A stretch of DNA of 62,808 bases, filler included, from Globobulimina sp. (lineage: Eukaryota), in NCBI GenBank assembly GCA_003354225.1. It is 15 parts of 15 records of this genome, joined end to end, with 100 filler letters (N's around TTAATTAATTAA, not from the genome) between each part and the next. Parts side by side here need not be neighbours in the genome. Positions count along the whole stretch, not along the records: positions 20,989 to 25,084 come from PIVH01001622.1; positions 25,185 to 29,280 come from PIVH01001623.1; positions 29,381 to 33,475 come from PIVH01001624.1; positions 33,576 to 37,668 come from PIVH01001625.1; 11 more parts are not named here. One strand, written 5' to 3'. A program made the translations under genes and the position numbers. Under the pieces are notes generated by a model. The model was not told the origin of the DNA, did not search any database, and worked only from the letters and a program-made list of their open reading frames with translations. Each line of letters begins with the position of its first letter. The stretch's first letter is position 1. Positions 24,587 to 33,985 of this stretch are shown piece after piece.

Positions 24587-25084
24587 CTAATCACTAAATT
24601 TTGCAATGATCATATTTAACCACTTTAAATTTTCCAAATAGTTTTGGCGCAATTTTAATACAGCTTTAATATCACATTCATTGACACTTACTCTGCCTGC
24701 ATGAATTGCAAACAACTGTGCGTCCTCAAATAACTCTATCATATATGCTTCAGCCTCTTCTTGTAACGGCTGTATTGTTGATAATTCCAATGGAATTGAA
24801 CCCTGATTATTATACATAATATTTCCAATAAAGCTCACAAATTCTTCTTTCGATATCAATAACCCATAACCTTTTTGATATCGTCGTATTTCACGTAAGT
24901 GAGCATGGCCTTTATATTTCACGTTTTTTAGCTCCTCGCTTAAATCCATTCTATTGGCATATTCTTCATTTTCCTTATGTGCTTTTGCATCATTTGCTAT
25001 ATCCTTTTCTGTAATGACTTGATAAAACTCATCATTCTCAAACATGTCACCATTATCTGTTGCCATATCATTACTTGCAATCCA
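24587..25084 (-). CDS. Highly divergent histone H3-fold protein with acidic N-terminal region (possibly 5'-truncated)
   Basis: LREIRRYQK...LLI.K..F...LQEEAEAY..LFED..L.AIHA.RV....DI aligns without gaps to H3 residues 48-131. The frame is open to the contig end. Confidence 0.8.
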   Translation of the reverse strand, partial: WIASNDMATDNGDMFENDEFYQVITEKDIANDAKAHKENEEYANRMDLSEELKNVKYKGHAHLREIRRYQKGYGLLISKEEFVSFIGNIMYNNQGSIPLELSTIQPLQEEAEAYMIELFEDAQLFAIHAGRVSVNECDIKAVLKLRQNYLENLKWLNMIIAKFSD

Positions 25085-25184
25085 NNNNNNNNNNNNNNNN
25101 NNNNNNNNNNNNNNNNNNNNNNNNNNNNTTAATTAATTAANNNNNNNNNNNNNNNNNNNNNNNNNNNNNNNNNNNNNNNNNNNN

Positions 25185-26419
25185 TACAATATCAACCATA
25201 TCAAAATTGAAAGAATTAACAAAAACCGACACCAATGGTAATGGAATTGATATAAATAATATTTTAGGTCGATTTACATTGGACGCGTTTTGTGAGATTG
25301 CCTTTGGTCAAAACGTTGGTGCGGTCGAATCATATCCAAAAGAAGATGCATTTGGAGTAGCTTTTGATGATTTAGTTTATCGAACAGATGTAAGGACAAT
25401 GGATGTTTTTTGGAAACTTAAAAGAATATTAAATGTTGGCAATGAAAGATTTGTCAAAAAAGATCATAATGAATTGGCGAGATTTATTAACGGTACTTTC
25501 TGTGTTTTCTATTTGTTAATTTTGTTACATTTGTGTTTTTGAAAGAAATTTTGGATAAAAAATTTATGGAAACAGAAAATGCAAAGAAATTATGCGATGT
25601 TGCAGGTGTACAGAAATATGATGTTTTAACTTTATATTTGAAACATAATGATAAATTAACTCGTACCGAGTTGCATGATGTGGCCTTAAATTTTATTATT
25701 GCGGGGCGGTATGTACTGTATATAAAATATATTAAACCGCAGAAACATAAAAATGTACATATGCTTAAAAACATAGCGTATCTGTATATTATTATGTTTT
25801 CTATGTTATTGTTTAATGCATATTCAGTGACACAACACGAATGTTATTATCATGGTTTTTTTATGAGCTTTGTACGAATAGGGATAAAACTGAAATATTG
25901 TCGCGTTTAATGGACGAGATAAATGAGTTTAGCAATGATAATGAACCAAAATATGATGATTTTTTGAATGGTTTTGGATATTTAGAATGTGCATTATGTG
26001 AGACATTAAGGCTTAATCCGGCGGTACCATGGAATTTCAAAGGATGTATAAAAGATGTGCAGGTACAGACAGCCGAAGGTGTTTATACAATACGTAAAGG
26101 TGATCGCGTAGTTATTAATCATTGGTCGCGAGGGAGAGATCCTAAAATATATTCAGATCCATTAACATTTAAACCCGAACGATGGAAATCAAAAGGAATT
26201 AATACTTTTGATCAATACGAATATGGTGTGTTTAATATGGCGCCACGAATGTGTTTGGGGAAACACTTTGCAATGACAGAGGCAAAAATATTTACATATC
26301 ATTTTTTGAAAGCATTTGAATTTGAAGCAATTAAAGGTAAGAAAGTGACCGTTGCAAATGGTGCTATTCTTAATATGGATGGAGGGTTTTATATTGATTT
26401 GAAAGAAAAGGCAAATTAA
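25185..26419 (+). CDS. Cytochrome P450, CYP86/CYP704-like (5'-truncated, 3 exons)
   Basis: Introns at 25493-25545 and 25709-25827 restore the I-helix AGRDTT. ETLRL (ExxR), FKPERW and heme motif FNMAPRMCLGKHFA are present. Confidence 0.9.
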
Positions 26420-26628
26420 ATTGAGAATAGTATTTTTATAATTTTAATTTTTTGTTTGTATTCTTTGTATAGTGACATCACTTCTCTTTTTATTAATAAT
26501 ACTTTTCTAAAAAAAATGTTTTTAGGCCGGAAAATATTTTTAAATTTTGTTGATTAAAGAAAAACAAAAGTAAAATTATATGGCAGAAAAAAATAATAAA
26601 AAAAAATAAAGGAAAAAACAATACAACA

Positions 26629-29280
26629 CTATAAATTTTTATCAATTTCAACAATGGCATTATTTTTAACATAATCAAGTTGTATTGGCTGTATATCATC
26701 ATCATCATCGTCGTCATCATAGTCATGTTTTTTTTTCTTATTATTATTAACGTTTTTATATTTATTTTTTATTTTGTTTGGTTTACACCACCAACAATAA
26801 ATGCCCAGTAAACACATAATAACAAGTACAAGACAGCAAATCACGATAATTGCAATTAATTCACTTTGGGTCCATTCAATATTTGTAGCAATTGGAATAT
26901 CTGTCGTTTCTTTATCATTCTCATTTATTGTGGTTGATATTGAGCTTTGTGGCGGTGGTGGTACCGGTGGTAAATAACAGATAGATTCCTCATCAATGCA
27001 ATTCCAATCATTATAATCACCATTCAGCCCATTCACCATTTGAATAATACAAAAATCAGTCAATGCATCACCACAATACATTTTTGACACTATGGTCTCA
27101 CTATTATTTAGAATACAAAAATAATTTGTCAAATCAATATCATTCCAACCATTTGCACAATAAAGTATAAGTTGACTATGTACATCACCTCGACCAGAAA
27201 TAATACATTGTTTCTCATTTGATGTTGATGCTGTTGCTGGGCAATGCAGTTCAATATTATTGCATGAATTATTCACACATAAAATATCCATCGAATTTGA
27301 TTCTTTTCCATAAATTACAACATCATTACAAGCTCCATACTCATTACAATTAATATCACAATTTGAATTCTCAAAACATTTAATATTTGAAGCAGTTAAT
27401 GAGCCTTTATCCATCCCATTAATATTGCAGTTACCATTCAAACCACATTCAATACTTATATTTGTACATGATTCATGTCCATAACATTCAATATCACATT
27501 CCGCATTTGTACCACATTGAATCGATGCTATATCAGAACACGAACCATCACCATTACAAATTATTTCACATTTCTCCGCAGAACATATAATATCTGAGTC
27601 AGAACATGAACCAAATCCATTGCAAATTATTCGACATATTTTATATTCATCGTTATCACATGAAACTATTTTATTATAACATGGTTGATCGGTATCACAT
27701 AGTATGATGGATACAGGTAAATTATATTGATAAATATCAACATAACATTGCGAGATTTTACTATCGCAATTCCATTCATTTGTATTTTCATTATTAATTT
27801 GCATTAAACAACGATTTGAATACATTGTACCACAAAACATACCTAATGTAGTCGTTGGTGGTAAGTATGAAGAATTATCAATATCCATCCAACTATTTGT
27901 AGCAAATATATCTATTTGATCTCCCACTGATTCTTCAATGGTTGCTACAATTTTACAATTTGCTTCGTGTGCAAACGGTGGACATTGTATTTTAATAAAA
28001 TTACAACTTTGTGCAGCACTGCAAACAATATCTAATTTGTCGCTATAACCGCCGGCAATTAATGCTTTAGAACATGCGGCGTCACCGATACATTCAATTG
28101 TTAATACATTGTTTGTCAATAAATGTGTATGTAATTGTCCGTTTATTTGCATTTCGTATAATGACTTTTCACCCGCTCCATGAATATAACAATTTGAATA
28201 ATCAGCACATTGAATGGTTGATTGTTTGCAGGATTCATAACCGATACAATTTAAATAACAATCATAACCATTTGTACATTCAAATAATGTATTCATGCAA
28301 CTTTGAGCTGATACACAATTAATAACACATATATTATCATTTGTACACTTGACCACTGTGTCTGAACACATTGAATCTTCATTACAAACAATAGGTATAT
28401 TATCTGCGTGTTGTTCAATTAATTCGTTTAAATATATATTATATGTCTGTTGAGACTGAAATGAATGATATGCTAAAAATAATGATGAACCGATTGCATA
28501 TCTAAATTGTATCTCATTTGTACTTTTATTCCATTGAGTTTTATCTAAATCTTGTTTATATTTTATGCGTATTCCATTATTTGTATTTACATCGAGTACT
28601 GTTTCAATCCAATTCTTCTCTGCATCATACTGGATATCCAGTGGATATTTCCCGTATATATTGTATGAGTATAAAGCTGCTCTAAGATCATTATAAAAAC
28701 CTGTTGTAAATATAACTGCATCGCCATGCATTTCATCATTGAACACTAAACCAAACCAATTATTATTATAATCGTGATACGTAATATCGAAAATTATATT
28801 ATTTTCTACACAATTTAATGTTATATTCACCATTAATATCTCTGTGTATGCAGCTCCATTTAAAATATCACCAAATGGACATTCCGATGAAGTCGTTTCT
28901 GGTTTGTATGTAGCAGTAATTATGTTTGTTGGCACTACTTTTGTTGGTTCATATGTAGTGCTTGTTATCGCATTTAAATTTAAAGTAAAAACCTGGTCCG
29001 ACCTAAACTGGTGATATTGCAAAAGCAATTGACTCCCAATCGCATATCTGAATATAATTTGTTTTGTATTTTGATTCCAGTCTGTTTTACTTAATTCTTG
29101 TTGGTATACAATATGTATCGACTTACTCCCAATTTCAGTCAATATTTGTACCCAATTTCCATTCTCATTATACAAAATATCTGACGGCGTACGGCCAACG
29201 ATATCATATGAATATAAACTCGGAGATGCATCACCTGACAATCCCGATGTATATATAATTGCTTTACCGTTCATTTGATT
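26629..29280 (-). CDS. Type I membrane protein with two DOMON-like domains and Cys-rich repeats (5'-truncated)
   Basis: Two homologous units (M.G.AII...LYSY...NW...FRYAIGS...YH), many CxIxCxGxxSC repeats, TM LIAIIVICCLVLVIMCLLGIYCWWC. Confidence 0.7.
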   Translation of the reverse strand, partial: NQMNGKAIIYTSGLSGDASPSLYSYDIVGRTPSDILYNENGNWVQILTEIGSKSIHIVYQQELSKTDWNQNTKQIIFRYAIGSQLLLQYHQFRSDQVFTLNLNAITSTTYEPTKVVPTNIITATYKPETTSSECPFGDILNGAAYTEILMVNITLNCVENNIIFDITYHDYNNNWFGLVFNDEMHGDAVIFTTGFYNDLRAALYSYNIYGKYPLDIQYDAEKNWIETVLDVNTNNGIRIKYKQDLDKTQWNKSTNEIQFRYAIGSSLFLAYHSFQSQQTYNIYLNELIEQHADNIPIVCNEDSMCSDTVVKCTNDNICVINCVSAQSCMNTLFECTNGYDCYLNCIGYESCKQSTIQCADYSNCYIHGAGEKSLYEMQINGQLHTHLLTNNVLTIECIGDAACSKALIAGGYSDKLDIVCSAAQSCNFIKIQCPPFAHEANCKIVATIEESVGDQIDIFATNSWMDIDNSSYLPPTTTLGMFCGTMYSNRCLMQINNENTNEWNCDSKISQCYVDIYQYNLPVSIILCDTDQPCYNKIVSCDNDEYKICRIICNGFGSCSDSDIICSAEKCEIICNGDGSCSDIASIQCGTNAECDIECYGHESCTNISIECGLNGNCNINGMDKGSLTASNIKCFENSNCDINCNEYGACNDVVIYGKESNSMDILCVNNSCNNIELHCPATASTSNEKQCIISGRGDVHSQLILYCANGWNDIDLTNYFCILNNSETIVSKMYCGDALTDFCIIQMVNGLNGDYNDWNCIDEESICYLPPVPPPPQSSISTTINENDKETTDIPIATNIEWTQSELIAIIVICCLVLVIMCLLGIYCWWCKPNKIKNKYKNVNNNKKKKHDYDDDDDDDDIQPIQLDYVKNNAIVEIDKNL

Positions 29281-29481
29281 NNNNNNNNNNNNNNNNNNNN
29301 NNNNNNNNNNNNNNNNNNNNNNNNTTAATTAATTAANNNNNNNNNNNNNNNNNNNNNNNNNNNNNNNNNNNNNNNNNNNNTTGAGATTTTATACTGTTAA
29401 GTGCATGCAAATTCTTTAAAGTACAAATTCAAAGAACACTTTGCCTCACTTTGCATTCATTCTTTTTTTTTTGTTGCGTAG

Positions 29482-31364
29482 ATATTATAGTGGGAGCCGG
29501 AGGATGTTTATGTTGTTTTATATGTTTATGCGTCGGTATTTTTTGCTATGTGGTGAAATCTCAAAATAAAACACAAACAAAAAACGCTGCAAACAGCGGC
29601 TCGGCAACAAGTTCGGAGATAGGTTCGTCAGATTCGATGTGCAATGAAAGTGTTATTGACATGAATTCGAGCGTGAATAGTTCGGATACGATGTCTACCA
29701 AAAGTACGCCCATTTACATCAACGAAGATAAAACACCAAAGTCAGAGGACGATAACTCATCGGATCAGCAAGGCACAGAGACAGACGAAAAAGAGAATAT
29801 ATCTGAGCATAATCCATCCATTATCGATAGTGATGAGGAAGAGGAGGAATATAAACCAGCTATAAACCATCATAATATACGTTACAACAACAAAGAAATG
29901 AACAATATGGACCGGAACATGTCAAATTCGTCTGTACATAATTTAAAAATCAAGTTAACCAAACCTGCCAACGAACGACCTAAAAAACGCAAAAAAAAGA
30001 AGAAACCCATCGAGAAATCGCCCACTTCCGGGTCTACCACCATCTCCATCACTCGCTCGCCCTCCACCACCACTACCACATCCAATTCCAAATCTGGACA
30101 TTCCCACTTATCCAAGAATCCGCTACGGATTGAAAATAACCATTTAAGCCCACATTTACGACATAAAAACCTTCACTCAGGTACACAGTCGCCAATGTCG
30201 CCTTTATCTGCAATGTCTAACCCGAGCACTAACCAAGGCACTTCCAATGACTCCATGGACTCCATGACTTCAGACAGCAATCACAGTAACACGTCCGCCA
30301 ACTCGAGCGAGATGAATCTAAAACAACAGTCCGCTCGCGATATCAATCGAATTGGTTTCTTGAAACCCAAACAGTTCCAAGAAATGATGGCGAGCTACGC
30401 CAATGCCACGTCCAGTCTCTCTCATTCCTCTCAGTCCAACACGGCCACCCAATTCGCGGCCATCCAAGAACAATTATTATACATCCAACAACAAAACCAA
30501 TTACTCCGCCAACAGAAGCCGTCCATCTCGCACTCCTTCCACAGCAGTCACAACAGCAACGATAACAAGATCATCAAACCCTCGCTTCACCGACACCATA
30601 CCGCCAAAGCCTCCAATCCCAAACTGACCATCATCCATTCGGGCAATTACGACTCGAACGCCATGTCGGAAGTGGACGTACAGGACATCGTCAATGCCAA
30701 ACCGCGCAATAAGCAGACCCCAACGCGCACGCATAGTTACACTGAGTCCGCCTCCTCCGATCGTAGCGAGGACAGTTGTTCCTGCAGTGACTGCCACAAA
30801 CAGCACAGGTTGACCCCCATTGGCACTCCCGCATCGGGTGCCGGCTCAAGCAATGTGAGTTCGAGTGGCTCGGATGACACATGTGCCGATACGCATTGCT
30901 CGTGTCCGCATTGCAGAGACAAGAGCTGTCTGTCCGGACTTAGCGCCGATACCACACCGGAATCGTCGGTGAGCAGTTCGAGGGACAGTGTGTCGGAGAG
31001 CGACAGTGAGAGTTCCAGCGAGTCTTCGTCGTCTTCGTCCAGTTCTTCGTCGGAGAGTGACAGCGATTCATCGCACACGGAGTTGGAGAATAAGTATGGC
31101 AAACGGGCCAGGAATAAGGTTGGCGGTGATGTGGGGAAAGAGGTACAGAGTCCGGGCAATGGCTCGGCGATGTCGATGACGCCGATTGGTGGCTATGAGA
31201 GGGGCAATAATAAGACGATGATAATCCATGATGATGTGGAGACGCAAGGGGGGCATTCTAGGCAGTATACGTTGAGTACGCCTGGCGATCATAATAGATT
31301 TGGGACTTTGGTGATTCATAATGGTGGCGATGCCAATGTAAATCATCTCGATTATATTGATTAG
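29482..31364 (+). CDS. Last exon of a single-pass membrane protein with long Ser-rich disordered cytoplasmic tail
   Basis: Acceptor TAG at 29479-29481, Cys-rich TM helix, S/N/H-rich tail with CSCSDCH and HCSCPHC motifs, then a T-rich 3' UTR. Confidence 0.6.
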
Positions 31365-31922
31365 TATATTCATGTGTTTTTTCTTTCATTTTTTTCTTTC
31401 TTTAGTTTTTTTTAAATGATTTTTATTATTAATGCTTTGTTTTTTTTTTCTTTGTTTATTTATTTTTATGGTTTGTGTCTTTGATTGTGTTGCTTTACTA
31501 TCATAATATGATATTATCTGTTTATATACAAATGTTTAATGTTTTATGTTTTATCATAATTATATTTATAGTCACTAGCTTTACTTCTCTATTATTCGAT
31601 CATTTGTATCCGTAGTCCAACAAATCCAGTGCTCCATCGTGAGGATTGGTTTCTTAGTGTTTCGAAGAAGAAGAAATTGATCCTCAATATTTTTCGTGGC
31701 ACAAGTTTTTCTGTGGAAACATTTCAAGTAAAGTACAATTTGATTAGTCATATTTTTTTCAACATTAACAGAAACTTGGACTAAAATTTAATTATCAAAG
31801 TCAGTACAATTAAACGAAGTAATCATACGAAAAAACACAACAACAATGAGAAGCAAACAAAAGAATCATTTCCATTCATGATCCATAAATATTGATTTTC
31901 GACAGCAATGAAAACAAATACT

Positions 31923-31985
31923 ATGAAAATATTCTCAAAATACATTTAATTAAAACATGTATTTATCATTGCGATAATGGTTCAT
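31923..31985 (-). promoter_or_regulatory. Candidate SECIS element in the SelT 3' UTR
   Basis: Minus strand reads ATGAT-AAATACAT-GTTTTAATTAA-ATGTATTT-TGAG: AUGA/GA core, perfect 8-bp upper stem, apical AA. A lower stem ATGAA/TTCAT is possible. Shorter than the usual SECIS. Confidence 0.5.
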
Positions 31986-32091
31986 TTTGCGATAACTCCA
32001 TTTTGTGTTATGTAATATATAAAAATTAAAACAAATTGCAACAATATCTTTACTTTAAATAATTGATTAGTATGCATGTGATTTTATTCTT

Positions 32092-32688
32092 TTATATTAA
32101 TTTTGTAATTTCTTGTAATAAATATTGGGTATCGGGAAGTTTTCCAGTTTCGAGCTTCGACCAAACCAATTCTTCCTGGACATATACTTCAAAAGCTCCG
32201 GTCGACAATAAATTGCTTCCTATCAAATTAATGACGTATAAGGCTATGAATGTTTGCATTTTGTTCCTGTTTTGTGTTTGTATTTTTGTTGTATGTGTTA
32301 TTCGTTTATAATTACGCAATTTCGCATTTATGCTTAACTGCGCGATGTAATTACAAATCTCTTTGATTTGCGGGATGTTGACGTTTCGAGCGATTATTTC
32401 ACCGAAAAATATTAAAATTAATCCAATAAAAAATAGATAGGACGCAGCGCTCGCAAGGTATTGGTTGATATCTGGTGGGGGATATATTCCTCCTTCAATG
32501 CGTGCCTCAGGATAATAATTTTTAAGATAGTTTGCTGTCTTTACAAATGCATTCTTATATCCTCAGGATTGGCAATATTTGATAATTATTGACAAGGGGG
32601 TTTCTGCCATGGTTAGAATCGCTAGTTAGTGAATGTTGAGTGTGATAAGAAACTGGCCGGCGAGGACTGGCTTAGCTGTTAAGAGCAT
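32092..32688 (-). CDS. SELENOT: Selenoprotein T (Rdx family) with in-frame UGA = Sec
   Basis: IKYCQS-TGA-GYKNAF (CxxU; TGA at 32563-32565), IEGGIYPPP, hydrophobic segment, 72-nt intron at 32267-32338, then STGAFEV...VWSKLETGKLP. Start at 32688 or 32724 is uncertain. Confidence 0.88.
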
Positions 32689-32854
32689 GGTTGTTATATT
32701 TAGGTGTAATGTAATGTGCAACATTTGCAGTAAGCCCTTCTGGTGTTGGTGATATATTAAGTTATGTAATTTTAACAATTGTTCCGATTCAATTTATTAT
32801 TTCTAAATTTCTAATCTTTATTTTGGGGACTTTAAAAATTAACTTTCCAATGGC

Positions 32855-33307
32855 TTATTGTTCATTGTTTCCATATTTTTTCTCAATGTGATATTTAACT
32901 TTTTGCATTCTTTTCTTGATTGATGGCTTTGCTTTAAGTAAAAGTGTGTCTGCAGGCATGAATACTTCCGTTATTTTGTCATTCCGATAATTATTGCATG
33001 AGTAACAAATAGGAATTATAAAATGATTATTGATATCAACCAATTTATCTTTTCGTTTCATATGGCCTCCCAACAATTTCTTTTCTTTACCGCAGGCCAT
33101 ACAGTTTTGCGGTGAACCATCAATATGCTTTTTGTACTGATCAATCCACGATTTAAACCCTTTTTTCTTTGAATAAAATGCTGTCTCCTGCACGTTCCGA
33201 AATGTATATTCTCGGTTATATCGGACTTGGAAAAAATCGATTCCATTTCTTGTTTCTACCAATGTTTCAGTTTCTGTGCTAACATTGTTACAGCAGCAAC
33301 TATTCAT
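32855..33307 (-). CDS. Small Zn-binding HNH/His-Me-finger-like protein
   Basis: SWIDQY...CMAC...GGH...FIIPICYSCNN pattern; intronless, 150 aa. Confidence 0.5.
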   Translation of the reverse strand: MNSCCCNNVSTETETLVETRNGIDFFQVRYNREYTFRNVQETAFYSKKKGFKSWIDQYKKHIDGSPQNCMACGKEKKLLGGHMKRKDKLVDINNHFIIPICYSCNNYRNDKITEVFMPADTLLLKAKPSIKKRMQKVKYHIEKKYGNNEQ

Positions 33308-33575
33308 TGTTTACATGATTGATTGACTTGTGGATGATTTAATTTATGGTCGGAATGACATACCAAAAAAAAGACATTGTGCGCAAAATACTTAATGCCC
33401 CCCCTTTCGGTTAACGGTAAACAGTGCATAAATTTCAGACAATGTTCTCTCTTTCGTCAGATAGCACTCTGATACNNNNNNNNNNNNNNNNNNNNNNNNN
33501 NNNNNNNNNNNNNNNNNNNTTAATTAATTAANNNNNNNNNNNNNNNNNNNNNNNNNNNNNNNNNNNNNNNNNNNN

Positions 33576-33848
33576 TGAGGAAGCACTCCTTGCTCCACTT
33601 AAGCGCACACTCGCTAATTTCACCCAAAATTTGGGGTGTTGATCCACACCTAAATGAATATCGATTCCGATTTGCATCATTTGTTCTCCTATTCGGTTGC
33701 ATGTTTTGGCCAGATTCCTTCATCAACAGATTTCTGGCAACCGAAATTTCATCTTCGCTAAAGTGTTTCGTAATGCAATCTTTCATTTGGACTTGTGTCA
33801 AAGTCCCTCTATACTGTTCGATAAAATTCAAAAGCTCACTATGTACAT
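33576..33848 (-). mobile_element. Interrupted ORF1-like sequence of a second LINE (insertion target)
   Basis: VHSELLNFIEQYRGTLTQVQMKDCITKHFSEDEISVARNLL resembles the ELLxFI...F..DEI..AK.LL N-terminus seen in invertebrate CR1/L2-group ORF1s. Recognised from memory, not by search. Confidence 0.45.
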
Positions 33849-33852
33849 GCTC

Positions 33853-33876
33853 GTTTGTTTGTTTGTTTGTTTGTTT
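33853..33876 (-). repeat. (AAAC)6 microsatellite tail of the LINE
   Basis: GTTT x6 on the plus strand, overlapping the AATAAA on the minus strand. Short-repeat tails are typical of CR1/L2 elements. Confidence 0.85.
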
Positions 33877-33985
33877 ATTCATAAACCAGTGGCCCCCAGG
33901 CCTTTAGGCTGTTATCACCAAACAACGACACTCAAAATAAAGATAACAAAAATGATAAAATACAGTACATACGTACATACAAAAA

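Noticed and set aside
24587-25084. Calling the H3-like gene CENP-A or canonical H3
   Set aside because: There is no loop-1 extension and no basic tail, and several DNA-binding arginines are lost, so no symbol was assigned.
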